DNA of 64,000 nucleotides, taken from NCBI GenBank assembly GCA_049320885.1, contig JBMORA010000034.1:47245-111244 (forward strand), given 5' to 3'. Shown piece after piece: positions 1 to 9,268 of the stretch (its first letter is position 1; each line of letters starts with the position of its first letter). Under the pieces are notes generated by a model. That model saw nothing but the letters and a program-made list of their open reading frames with translations. It ran no database searches and had not been told where the DNA came from. Source of the DNA: Thermodesulfobacteriota bacterium (lineage in GTDB: Bacteria; Desulfobacterota; Desulfobacteria; Desulfobacterales; SURF-7). A program made the position numbers and the translations under genes.

Positions 1-2
1 CG

Positions 3-1301
3 GAACCGATAGTCCCCCGGTTCATCCGAAAATACCGACTCCTGAGCGATCTGGCCTGGTTGATCCTGAGTCTCTATTGTCCATGGTTTTTCTGGAAAAA
101 ATCCCCTTCCCCCAGGGAAGCGGAAATCATCGACCTGACATACCGGAAGGCGGCAGCGCTTTCCAATCTTGATCCGCGAAGTTTTTTTTCCGAATCCCTC
201 CATTTCTCAAAGCTGCTGTCGCAATACGATGTCACCACCATCAGCCGGGGCGTTGACATGCTCATCGGCCTGAGCGTCATCTTTTCATGGCCGGCCTCAT
301 CATTCCGGCTCAGCCGCAAGATTCTCGCGTTCGTCGGCCGCCTGGTCCATCCGGAAGATGACGTCGAAAAGCTCACGTTTGCACTTGCCGCTCTCTTTCC
401 GGACTACTATGAAGGCAGGTGGCAACAGAAGTATGACCACAGCCTGGTGGAGGCCGTATTGAAGAAAGGGGAGATCCTGCCGGTAGTCGCCTATATCACG
501 TTCCACGGACGGATCCGACTCGAGCAGGGGGACTACGCGGGAGCGAGGCGCCTGGTCGCCAAATTGTCGGAAATCGACAGGGTCTTCACCCACTCCTTGG
601 CCAGAACCCTGAAATACTACCTGAATATCAAGCTCCTGCTGAAATATCGCAAACTGCCAGCAGCGCTTCTGGAAGCCGATGAAGGAATCGCCTTTGCATC
701 CGAAACCGATTTCCAACAGATCCGCATGGTGTTATCCGCCTTCAAGACCCGCATCCTGATCCTGCTGGATGATTTCCCGGGAGCCGAAATCGCCATGCAA
801 CAAACCGAGGAATATAAAACGGGTCTACACCTCCCGCCACCCTACGTCAGCAATTATCTCATCACCAGGCTGTTGTTCGACCTCGCGAAATTGAAAACCG
901 CCGTTCTCCAAGATGATTCGGCCTCGGTCCGGACCATCAGCCGCCGGGCATTCCGGGTAGGCAGGGAAGTTCGCAAAATGGCCAAGAAGCTTGCCTATGA
1001 ACGAACGGAGGCTTTCCGATTGCTGGGAGACTTTTTCCATTTGACGCAACAGGATCACCGGGCCCGCAACTGGTGGCAACGCAGCCTGGAGGAAGGCCGC
1101 CGGCTGAATGCCCGTGTGGAATTGTCACGCACCTATCTTGAAGTCGGCATGTATCTATCCAGGCCGGAAAACAGCCACCGGCTCCAGGATCATTCCGCTG
1201 GGCCGAAGTTCATGGAAGAAGCGCGGCGTCTCTTTCGGGAGTTGAATCTTCAATGGGACTTGCAACGGATGAAAGGCGACCTCCACCTGCCCCTCTGGTG
1301 A
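3..1301 (+). CDS. C-terminal part of a large helical/TPR-like protein (5' truncated; resembles the tail of AAA-ATPase/adenylate-cyclase-TPR proteins)
   Basis: Frame is open from base 3 to the stop at 1301; TPR-like helical pattern (WQRSLEEGRRLNARVELSRTYLEVG). N-terminal domain lies outside the window. Confidence 0.55.
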   Translation, partial: EPIVPRFIRKYRLLSDLAWLILSLYCPWFFWKKSPSPREAEIIDLTYRKAAALSNLDPRSFFSESLHFSKLLSQYDVTTISRGVDMLIGLSVIFSWPASSFRLSRKILAFVGRLVHPEDDVEKLTFALAALFPDYYEGRWQQKYDHSLVEAVLKKGEILPVVAYITFHGRIRLEQGDYAGARRLVAKLSEIDRVFTHSLARTLKYYLNIKLLLKYRKLPAALLEADEGIAFASETDFQQIRMVLSAFKTRILILLDDFPGAEIAMQQTEEYKTGLHLPPPYVSNYLITRLLFDLAKLKTAVLQDDSASVRTISRRAFRVGREVRKMAKKLAYERTEAFRLLGDFFHLTQQDHRARNWWQRSLEEGRRLNARVELSRTYLEVGMYLSRPENSHRLQDHSAGPKFMEEARRLFRELNLQWDLQRMKGDLHLPLW

Positions 1302-1306
1302 TAAAA

Positions 1307-1345
1307 CAGAATCGGGGAGTTCCCTGCGGTAACTCCCCGATTCTG
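1307..1345. terminator. Hairpin between convergent genes, probable intrinsic terminator
   Basis: 15-bp perfect inverted repeat CAGAATCGGGGAGTT / AACTCCCCGATTCTG; TTTTAT follows on the minus strand. Confidence 0.7.
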
Positions 1346-1374
1346 AAAGTCCGTGAGTGTTTCTGCTGTTCCCT

Positions 1375-3432
1375 TTACTTGAATACAACGGAATTTTTGT
1401 GCGATTCCTTCCCGCCGATGGCGATATTGGTATTCTGTCCACCGCTGAAAATGGACAGGTCCGTATCATTAACCTTGAGACCGGAGCCGGATATGTTTGT
1501 GATATTGCCGTTCACACTGCGGTTTTTAACGATGACGGAACCCGAATTGGCCACACTGCCCGAACCGATGGCCACGTTGGTCACCGCTCCGCCGGCCGCC
1601 TTGTTCACGATATTGCCTTTCACGTTGGCGTTCTCCAGATTGACCGCACCCAAATTCGCCTTTGCGCGGCTGCCGACGGCCACGTTGGTGACCACACCGC
1701 CAGCCACGGTATTGACCACATTGCCTTTCATGGTGCTGTTCTCCATGTTCACGGAACCGGTGTTGGCCTGTGACCGGCTGCCCACCGCAACATTCGTCAC
1801 CACCCCACCGGCAACGGTATTGACCACGTTCCCCTTCATGGTGCTGTTCTCTAAATTTACGGCGCCGGTATTGGCTTTTGACTGGCTGCCGATGGCGGCG
1901 TTGGTCACAACCCCGCCGGCTACCGTATTGACCGCGTTGCCCTGCATCGTGCTGTTCTCCAGGTTAACGGCCGCCATATTGGCTTTGGCGTTGCTGCCGA
2001 TGGCGGCGTTGGTCATAACCCCGCCGGCCGCCGTATTGACCGCGTTGCCCTGCATCGTGCTGTTCTCCAGGTTAACGGCCGCCATATTGGCTTTGGCGTT
2101 GCTGCCGATGGCCGCATTGGTCATAACCCCGCCGGCCGCCGTATTCACGATGGTTCCCTTGGCCGAACTGTTTTTCATGTCCAGGGCCGCCATGTTCGCC
2201 TCACTGTTGCTGCCGATGGCCGCATTGGTCATAACGCCACCGACCGCGGTATTCACCGTCGTCCCCTGGCGGTTGCTGTTTTCCATGTTCACCGCCGCCA
2301 TATTGGCCTTGGTATTGCTGCCGATGGCGGCATTGGTCACCACGCCGCCTCCGGCGGTATTGATCATGGCTCCCTTGGCGGTGCTGTTTTCCATGTTCAC
2401 GGCGGCCATATTCGCCTTGCTTTTATTGCCGATGGCCGCATTGGTTACAACGCCGCCGACGGCCGTGTTGACCATGGTGCCTTCCGCGGAGCTGTTTTTC
2501 ATATCGACCGCGCCCAGATTCGCTTCGGTTTTATTCCCGATGGCCGCATTGGTCACGGTCTGACCACCGACGGTGTTGACGGCCGCTCCTTTCAACTCGC
2601 TGTTGTTCATGCTGACCGATCCCAAATTGGCGTTGCTGCTGTTGCCAATGGCCACGTTGGTGACCGTCTGGCCGGCGACGGTGTTGACGACCGCTCCTTT
2701 TACCGTGCTGTTTTTCAAATCCACGGCGCCAAGATTGGCGGTATTACCCTTTCCCACGGCGACGTTGGTGACCGTCTGGCCCGCCACCGTATTGACGGCC
2801 GCACCTTTCATTTGACTGCCGGTCATGTTGATGGAACCCAGGTTGGCGGTGTTGTTCTTTCCCAAAGCCACGTTGGTAAGCGTCTGCCCCGCCACGGTGT
2901 TCACCGCCGCCCCGCTGACTTCACTGCCCTGCATGGCTACGGATCCCAGACGGGCCTGGTTATCGCTGCCCACCGCGACATTAGTGAGATTTTTTCCCAC
3001 CGCGGTATTGGCCACCACTCCCGTCACCTGGCTGTCTTCCGTCTTCACGGACGCCAGATCCGCTTCATTGCCGCTGCCGACGGCTACGTTAATATTGTTT
3101 TTCCCCAGATTGGTATTGACGATTCCGCCCTGAACCGATCCGCCGACAGCAACGGATCCGAGATTGGCCTCGTTCCGATTGCCCACAGCGACATTCACCT
3201 TCTGTTTTCCCTGGTCGGCATTGACGATCGCCCCCCTGGTTTTGGCGTCTTTCAGGCCGATGGAACCTTGAGTTGCTTTGCTTTCCTTGCCGACTGCCAC
3301 ATTAACCGCCTTGTCGGTCCGGGTCGGAATATTGATAACGGCGTCCTTTACATCGGAGCCAGCCGAAACGGGCGATGGCGGCATGCCCATCAACAACGCC
3401 ATCATGATCATGGAAAGAAACATTGTCCTCAT
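1375..3432 (-). CDS. Secreted Asn/Ala/Gly/Val-rich protein with about 18 tandem 36-aa repeats (predicted beta-solenoid)
   Basis: Signal peptide (MRTMFLSMIMMALLMG...VSA), RBS AAAGGAGGG, repeat consensus NAVNTAAGGVMTNAAIGSNAKANMAAVNLENSTMQG. Confidence 0.85.
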   Translation of the reverse strand: MRTMFLSMIMMALLMGMPPSPVSAGSDVKDAVINIPTRTDKAVNVAVGKESKATQGSIGLKDAKTRGAIVNADQGKQKVNVAVGNRNEANLGSVAVGGSVQGGIVNTNLGKNNINVAVGSGNEADLASVKTEDSQVTGVVANTAVGKNLTNVAVGSDNQARLGSVAMQGSEVSGAAVNTVAGQTLTNVALGKNNTANLGSINMTGSQMKGAAVNTVAGQTVTNVAVGKGNTANLGAVDLKNSTVKGAVVNTVAGQTVTNVAIGNSSNANLGSVSMNNSELKGAAVNTVGGQTVTNAAIGNKTEANLGAVDMKNSSAEGTMVNTAVGGVVTNAAIGNKSKANMAAVNMENSTAKGAMINTAGGGVVTNAAIGSNTKANMAAVNMENSNRQGTTVNTAVGGVMTNAAIGSNSEANMAALDMKNSSAKGTIVNTAAGGVMTNAAIGSNAKANMAAVNLENSTMQGNAVNTAAGGVMTNAAIGSNAKANMAAVNLENSTMQGNAVNTVAGGVVTNAAIGSQSKANTGAVNLENSTMKGNVVNTVAGGVVTNVAVGSRSQANTGSVNMENSTMKGNVVNTVAGGVVTNVAVGSRAKANLGAVNLENANVKGNIVNKAAGGAVTNVAIGSGSVANSGSVIVKNRSVNGNITNISGSGLKVNDTDLSIFSGGQNTNIAIGGKESHKNSVVFK
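1923..2155. repeat. Near-identical 108-bp tandem duplication inside the repeat-protein gene
   Basis: ACCGCGTTGCCCTGCATCGTGCTGTTCTCCAGG recurs at 1931 and 2039 (108-bp period). Confidence 0.85.
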
Positions 3433-3644
3433 ATCCGGTCCCTCCTTTTATCTGGAATCCACCAACTAATACCATCATATTATCCATTTTTATTTTATTT
3501 TCAAGGGCATTTTGGGCGGTCCTTATTGCGGTGCTCTTGTCCGGACCGGAAGTTCGCCCTTCCCGCACCACCACCTTATTTCAATCCAGCGATCCCGCCA
3601 ATGAAGCCGCTTACCGGGCGCCTGTGAACCATATCACAGTCAAC

Positions 3645-3683
3645 AAAAAAGCCGCCTTCCGGGTTGTCCCCCGGAAAGCGGCT
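3645..3683 (-). terminator. Rho-independent terminator downstream of the VWA lipoprotein gene
   Basis: Minus strand AGCCGCTTTCCGGG...CCCGGAAGGCGGC followed by T6. Confidence 0.75.
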
Positions 3684-3737
3684 CCACAATCATCTTTCTC
3701 TTACTCGCTTTTTATGCGTTTTACGAGCAGCTCGCCA

Positions 3738-5537
3738 TCATCTCCGGCCGTCATACCCATCGCAATTCTGATCCCACCCATCCGTTTCGGTGTCCGCCAT
3801 ATTGGGATTGATGAGATCGGCATAGGGCTCCGCATCCAGATCATCCTTGCAATCGCTGTTGATATTGCAGTCCTTGCCGCCGAAACCATCTCCGTCCTGA
3901 TCCATGCAGGTGTCGCATTTGTTCCAGTTGTAAGGATCCAGATCGTTGCAGTCGGTTTTATTATCGTCATCGACAAAATAATATTTATCCGAATCGAAAT
4001 CGAAGTATTTGACCTTTTCCGTTTCAAGCGAATTCGAACAGCCGCCCTCAAATTTGGCGGCGTTGTAGCCTTGGGCCGCCGCGCCGAACCGCCCGATAGG
4101 ATCATGCACGTTCACGGTAAGGGTATGCAGGCCTTCCCGAAAGCTCAGACAGAAGGCCAAAATGTAGGATTTCAAATGTTCCCGCCTGGCTTCAAAAGCC
4201 GCCAGGATGAATTTTTCGGTCAACTCCGATGTTGTCGGGGCCCCGAACCATCCGTTTTTGCCGATGCCTTGTTGTTCTTCGGATATCAACCGGCCCTCGC
4301 GGGACCTGTCCGTTTCCCCAACATTAAGACTCACTGTGATGACATTGTGCTTCGAAGCCGTCACTTTTCCAAGGGCGTTCGCGTAGGTTTTTCGGCCAGC
4401 CGTGTCCCGGCCGTCTGAAAAGACGACCAGTGTGCCTACCTTGGTCATGGCATCCTCGGCCCGCTTGTCCAGTTTGTCAATTCCATTGATGATAGCCCCG
4501 TAAAGGTTGGAAGAGTCATCTTCGTCTACATATTGATCAAGATTGTTGATTTTTGCGTGTAGCTGCTGTCTGGCGGATTCGATATTCTTCCTGTGAGGAC
4601 CTGGATCGATAAAAGTAGCGATTTCAGTTATATCTGCATCGCTATTGAAGTAATAAACACCAATCGTCTGGCCACTTTGCAGCACATAATCGATAAATTT
4701 CTTGGCAGAAGTTTTCAGCTCACTTAACGCGTTAACCCCATTGTCCATAACGCTTCCAGACAGGTCGAGCAACAAGAGCACGTCCGTTGTTGCCGGCAGA
4801 ATTTCAAATCCCCGCTCCGGTCCTATCAACTCGCTGCTATCATCAAAAATTTTAAAATGATCCGACTTGAGTCCGCTGACGGGAACTTTAGAAGTCTGGG
4901 TTTTGGCAATCATATTGAGCGTCAGGTTGGCCGGTTCGTTTGGTTCGTTGGCGTACAGGGAAACCGCAATATCTTCATCGGCGACGACTGGATTGCAAAC
5001 AACGATCCGAATCACCTCTGAAGCACTCATGATCGTGGCACCGTCATCCGAGACAGTCGCTTTAAAATAATGAGTTCCGGTTTTCGCCGGCGTCCAGGTA
5101 AAAGTTCTGGTCTGGGCGTTGAATGCGGCGGTTACATCCGGCCAATCAAGGATGGGCAGACCGGTATCCGAATGTAAGACTAAGGTGCCGTCGGCAGCGT
5201 TGACTTTGTATTTTTTGCCTTCGCTGCTCGGCAGATCCACCGGATAGAAATCATATACCAGGACGTCGTCCGGAGTATCCAGGGCCTCCAAGGTGATGGA
5301 CAGCGGGACACCCACATAGGCAATGCGATCCCCCACCGGCTTCAACAACGGAGCCTTGTTCGCGCCCTTGGTAACGGTCAGGTCGAAGATTTTTTCCTCT
5401 TTCGGCGGCGACGAGGGCGGCGGATCATCGCTGCTGCACCCGCTGAGCTGTATGAGCATGCAGCTCATGAAAGCGACGGCAGCAACCACTGCCGGAATGG
5501 AGGTCCATATTCGCCTTTGGCGGCCGTTAGGAATCAT
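3738..5537 (-). CDS. Lipoprotein with cadherin/Ig-like domain, VWA domain and C-terminal Asp/Cys-rich metal-binding repeats
   Basis: Lipobox LSGC; 'FTWTP' Ig/cadherin-like segment; MIDAS DLSGS and FSDG; DQDGDGFG..DC..D and DQNCDG motifs. Start placed at ATG 5537 after RBS GAGGAG. Confidence 0.75.
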   Translation of the reverse strand: MIPNGRQRRIWTSIPAVVAAVAFMSCMLIQLSGCSSDDPPPSSPPKEEKIFDLTVTKGANKAPLLKPVGDRIAYVGVPLSITLEALDTPDDVLVYDFYPVDLPSSEGKKYKVNAADGTLVLHSDTGLPILDWPDVTAAFNAQTRTFTWTPAKTGTHYFKATVSDDGATIMSASEVIRIVVCNPVVADEDIAVSLYANEPNEPANLTLNMIAKTQTSKVPVSGLKSDHFKIFDDSSELIGPERGFEILPATTDVLLLLDLSGSVMDNGVNALSELKTSAKKFIDYVLQSGQTIGVYYFNSDADITEIATFIDPGPHRKNIESARQQLHAKINNLDQYVDEDDSSNLYGAIINGIDKLDKRAEDAMTKVGTLVVFSDGRDTAGRKTYANALGKVTASKHNVITVSLNVGETDRSREGRLISEEQQGIGKNGWFGAPTTSELTEKFILAAFEARREHLKSYILAFCLSFREGLHTLTVNVHDPIGRFGAAAQGYNAAKFEGGCSNSLETEKVKYFDFDSDKYYFVDDDNKTDCNDLDPYNWNKCDTCMDQDGDGFGGKDCNINSDCKDDLDAEPYADLINPNMADTETDGWDQNCDGYDGRR

Positions 5538-5899
5538 CGTCAATATCTCCTCTGTTTTGGGGAACCATTGTCCGGCCGGACGCCGGTACAATGACTTCCC
5601 GTGCGGTTTTCTCTTTTACTTCCTAATCAGGAACCCGATGAAAATCAGTATTCCTGCATGTGAACCATGTTTACAGCATTCCCGCCCGCTTGTCAAGCAG
5701 CAAGTTGCTGCTCAGCGCATCGCCCGGAAATAAATAATGGCATATTATTGAATATGATTTTTTTAAATAATTTTATTTTTAATTATATTGACATTTTTAT
5801 CATGATCATTTTAGGTACAGTTTCCCAGACCGGATTCCGGACAGGGAAAGCGGAAGCTACCGAATAACAAATTAAGGGATAACGACAGGGAGGTGCTAT

Positions 5900-7090
5900 A
5901 TGCGATCCATGCTGGAAAATGTCAGGGTCATCGATTTCACGGCCAATGTTTCCGGGCCTGCGGCCAGCACTTTTTTAGCCGATATGGGAGCGGAGGTGAT
6001 CAAGGTGGAAAAACCCGGGTTCGGAGACGACGCCCGCCTATTTCCGCCCTACAAGGCCGGATTCTCCGCCCCCTTTGTGGTCATGAACCGAGGCAAGAAG
6101 GGAGTTTGTATCGATCTTAAAAAACAGGAAGGGATCGAACTGTTTAAAGAAATCGTGAAACAATCCGACGTGGTGATGGAAAATCATCGTCCCGGAACCA
6201 TGGAAAAATACGGTTTGGGTTATGAAGACTTGAAGGGGATCAATCCACGCCTGATCATGCTCTCCCTGTCCGGGTATGGTCAATATGGTCCGCTTGCCGA
6301 ACGACCGGCCTATGATTCGATCATTCAGGCCATGACCGGCATCATGGCCACCACCGGTTTCCCGGATGGACCGCCCACCAAGGCAGGCCCCATCGTCATC
6401 GACATCGCCACGGCCATGCAGGCGGCTTTTGCCATTTGCGCTGCTCTGTATGCCCGGGAAAAAACCGGCGAAGGGGAGTTCCTGGATGTTTCCATGTTCG
6501 ATGTGGGAGTCAACCTCATGGCAGGGACCTGGACGGACTATACGGTCATGGGCAATGTCCAGAAAAGAACCGGCAACCGGTATCCCTACGTCAGTCCTTT
6601 TGACACATATCAGGCCAAGGACGGGTATTTCATGATCTGCAGCGCGGGCGACACCACCTTCCATCGAATCTGTGACGCCATGGGTAAACCGGAACTGAAA
6701 ACCGATCCCCGTTTTTCGAATCTTTTTGTCCGCAACGACAATGAACCGGCATTAACAAAGCTCATGCAGGAGTGGGTTTCCCGCCATACAACGGAAGAAC
6801 TGTTGCAGCTTTCCGTCCAATTCGGATTTCCAGGCTCACCGATTCTGAATGTGGATCAAGTGGTCAACCACCCCCATACCCGGGCCAGAGGCCTGGCAGT
6901 GGATGTGGACCAGCCCAATCGAGGCGTTATAAACATATACGGCCCCCCCACCAAGGCAAAAAACAGTGAAATCAAGGTTCGAGGTCCGGCGCCGGAACAT
7001 GGCCAGCACAATGAATGGCTGCTGCGGGAGGTCCTGGGTAAAACCGTCGAGGAAGCGGCGGTCGTCCTTTCCTCCGGGGCGATGGGTTAG
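5900..7090 (+). CDS. CoA-transferase family III (CaiB/BaiF)
   Basis: VIDFT..VSGP...LADMGAEVIKVE, NRGKK, ENHRPG, GYGQYGP, YD.IIQA motifs; RBS GGAGG. Confidence 0.93.
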   Translation: MRSMLENVRVIDFTANVSGPAASTFLADMGAEVIKVEKPGFGDDARLFPPYKAGFSAPFVVMNRGKKGVCIDLKKQEGIELFKEIVKQSDVVMENHRPGTMEKYGLGYEDLKGINPRLIMLSLSGYGQYGPLAERPAYDSIIQAMTGIMATTGFPDGPPTKAGPIVIDIATAMQAAFAICAALYAREKTGEGEFLDVSMFDVGVNLMAGTWTDYTVMGNVQKRTGNRYPYVSPFDTYQAKDGYFMICSAGDTTFHRICDAMGKPELKTDPRFSNLFVRNDNEPALTKLMQEWVSRHTTEELLQLSVQFGFPGSPILNVDQVVNHPHTRARGLAVDVDQPNRGVINIYGPPTKAKNSEIKVRGPAPEHGQHNEWLLREVLGKTVEEAAVVLSSGAMG

Positions 7091-7093
7091 GGG

Positions 7094-7145
7094 GCAATCC
7101 CATTCGGACCGGTCGGCGGACCAGCCGGACTGAATGGGGGATTGC
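7094..7145. terminator. Imperfect hairpin between convergent CoA-transferase and motA
   Basis: GCAATCCCATTCGGACCGG ... CCGGACTGAATGGGGGATTGC. Confidence 0.45.
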
Positions 7146-7150
7146 AATGA

Positions 7151-8119
7151 TCAGGTTTTTTCTTGTATATCCCTGACGGTTTCCGGCTGCAGACGGAATT
7201 TTTCGCGGATGCGCTCCAGGGAAACCAACCTGCCGGAACGGGCCGAGGGCGTAAGGAATGATTTGAGCTTCATTTCCAGGACCCGCGGATGCTGTTCGCT
7301 GCCGATGGCCAATATGCCGTCGGTGATGACCTTCTGCAGCAACAATTCATGCTCCGTGCGCTCCCGGATATTCACGGCAAAGGGTAAAAAAAAGAAATTG
7401 GCGAACACGATGCCGTAAATCGTCGATGTCAGGGCGATGGGAACCGTCGAAAGGACAATCTCCGTGTCACCGACGCCCACAAGCATGGCGATCATTCCGA
7501 CCACGCTTCCCACCAGACCGAAGGAAGGCGAGATCTCGGCCATGGTGAGCAATACCCGTTCACTTTTTTCCCGCCGCAGTCGGAAATACATCATCTCCGT
7601 ATACAAGAGCTCCCGGATTTGATGCAGCGGATATCCATCCACCAGAAAGCCCAGGGCCCGGTGCAGGAACAGGATGGTGGTCTCCTTCTCGTCCTCCTGC
7701 AGCGCCAAAAGCCCTTTCAACCGGCATTTCACAGAAAGATCCACCAGGATTTCAACAATTTCACTAATCTGTTTGACCGGCTGCCGATAGGAACCTAGCA
7801 GCACTTTATACACGATGATGAGCTGTTCGAGCCGGTAGCTGACAAGAGTCGCTCCCGCGGTTCCCCCCACCACCACAATCAAACCGGAAATATTGAAAAA
7901 GACGCCGAAATTCCCCTGCAATAAAAACCCCGATAAAAACAGCGCCACACAAATCCCCAGCCCCACCAGATTCCGGTTCCGGCTCATCCAGTTGAAAGAA
8001 TGGGCAAAAGGCTTGGTCAGGGGTCTGGAGGTTCGGACATCACCAAAGGCATGGGTATAATCATTTTTCAGCTCATGGATTCGATCATCATCATCTTCTT
8101 CCAGTCGTTCCGACCGCAT
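7151..8119 (-). CDS. motA: Flagellar stator A subunit (MotA/PomA family)
   Basis: Four hydrophobic segments; CRLKGLLALQE (ARREGLLALE-like); PSFGLVGSVVGMI; ALTSTIYG. Start uncertain (8119 has RBS GGAG; 7987 is an alternative). Confidence 0.85.
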   Translation of the reverse strand: MRSERLEEDDDDRIHELKNDYTHAFGDVRTSRPLTKPFAHSFNWMSRNRNLVGLGICVALFLSGFLLQGNFGVFFNISGLIVVVGGTAGATLVSYRLEQLIIVYKVLLGSYRQPVKQISEIVEILVDLSVKCRLKGLLALQEDEKETTILFLHRALGFLVDGYPLHQIRELLYTEMMYFRLRREKSERVLLTMAEISPSFGLVGSVVGMIAMLVGVGDTEIVLSTVPIALTSTIYGIVFANFFFLPFAVNIRERTEHELLLQKVITDGILAIGSEQHPRVLEMKLKSFLTPSARSGRLVSLERIREKFRLQPETVRDIQEKT

Positions 8120-9044
8120 TGTACGCTCCACCTAAAGGCAGTTCTCGCAAATGGCCCCGCCGCGCATAGGGCAATTCCCGGGTAATGAGGATTTCAACCC
8201 GGCGATTGGCGGCACGGCTTTCTTCTGACGTATCCGTATACATGGGTTGAATGTGAGCATAACCGCTTACATAAAACCGTTCTTCCGGCAGTTTCATCTC
8301 CTCAATCAAAAAGCGGGCCACGGCGCAGGCCCTCAGGGACGACAGTTCCCAGTTGGTGCCGAAACGCGTGGAATTCGTCGGCGTCGCATCCGTATGTCCA
8401 ACCACATTGACCATGTATGGAAAATTGCCCAGCAACCCGGCGATTTGCCTCAATGAATTCCGGGCATCCGGTTTCAGTTCCGACTGGCCGCTGGCAAACA
8501 AGACATCCCCAGGCAGGATAATGCGCACAGCCTGATTCGATCCCAGTTCAAGGGATTGGAGATCGGCAAACCACTTGTCCTGCATGATGGGACTCCCCCA
8601 TTCATATACATGCTCCACCAGCGGCGGAATGGTCTCCATACGGTCTCGTTTTTCCACCGGCTTCGGTTTGCTTTCAACCGCTGTTTCCGCTTTTGCCTTG
8701 GACTTTTCCAGGTTGAAGCCCTGCTGGGTCGCCTTCTGAACATAGAGGACCAGGAAAAGCACGAACATCGTCATCATGACATCGGACCACAGAATGGACC
8801 AGTGAACGATCTTCTGCTTTCGTTTCCGGAAGAAGCCCAGGCTCTCGCTGGTAAAATCCGGCTCGACATCCGGGAAATGTTCAGAGGAAAACGGCGCCGA
8901 CGGTTCCGGGGTGTCGGCTGGTTTGCCCGGGGTGAAAACAGGCTCCGGACAAAACGAGAACAGGGGTCTTTGCATGGGACCGGATTTTCCGCTCTTTGCA
9001 TGGGTGTTATCGGAATTGGCCGGTAAGGTCGATGTGGAATTCAT
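8091..9044 (-). CDS. motB: Flagellar stator B subunit (MotB/OmpA domain)
   Basis: TM segment WSILWSDVMMTMFVLF with conserved Asp; OmpA-like GHTD, NWELSSLRA, NRRVEI. Confidence 0.88.
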   Translation of the reverse strand: MNSTSTLPANSDNTHAKSGKSGPMQRPLFSFCPEPVFTPGKPADTPEPSAPFSSEHFPDVEPDFTSESLGFFRKRKQKIVHWSILWSDVMMTMFVLFLVLYVQKATQQGFNLEKSKAKAETAVESKPKPVEKRDRMETIPPLVEHVYEWGSPIMQDKWFADLQSLELGSNQAVRIILPGDVLFASGQSELKPDARNSLRQIAGLLGNFPYMVNVVGHTDATPTNSTRFGTNWELSSLRACAVARFLIEEMKLPEERFYVSGYAHIQPMYTDTSEESRAANRRVEILITRELPYARRGHLRELPLGGAYNAVGTTGRR

Positions 9045-9075
9045 GAAAAAGCCCTCTGATTGTATTCGAAAAGAA

Positions 9076-9091
9076 AGCCAAAAGCATGCCA
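9076..9091 (-). promoter_or_regulatory. Putative sigma54 promoter for motB-motA
   Basis: Minus strand TGGCATGCTTTTGGCT (GG-N10-GC) about 30 nt upstream of the motB ATG. Confidence 0.5.
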
Positions 9092-9268
9092 AAAGATCAA
9101 AAAAACACGTGGATTTTGTCCAGAAATCCGATCGCGGTCCGGCCGCCCTGATCCGGGATTTTTGAGGCCGGGTCACACCTGGGCCACAGCCGTCCTCCAT
9201 TACCGGGAACAGCGGCGGCTTCTGGAACTACCATGGGAAAAATTTTCCGCCTGGGGTGATCTTATGAC

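Noticed and set aside
1253..2563. 436-aa hydrophobic repetitive ORF on +
   Set aside because: Reverse-complement reading of the 36-aa repeat gene, which has the signal peptide and RBS.
5730..5820. Very AT-rich tract as foreign DNA or origin
   Set aside because: Short and between divergent genes; best explained as promoter/UP-element sequence.
7151..9044. MotA/MotB pair as Zorya defence system
   Set aside because: MotA lacks a long ZorA tail and no zorC/D/E-like genes are adjacent.
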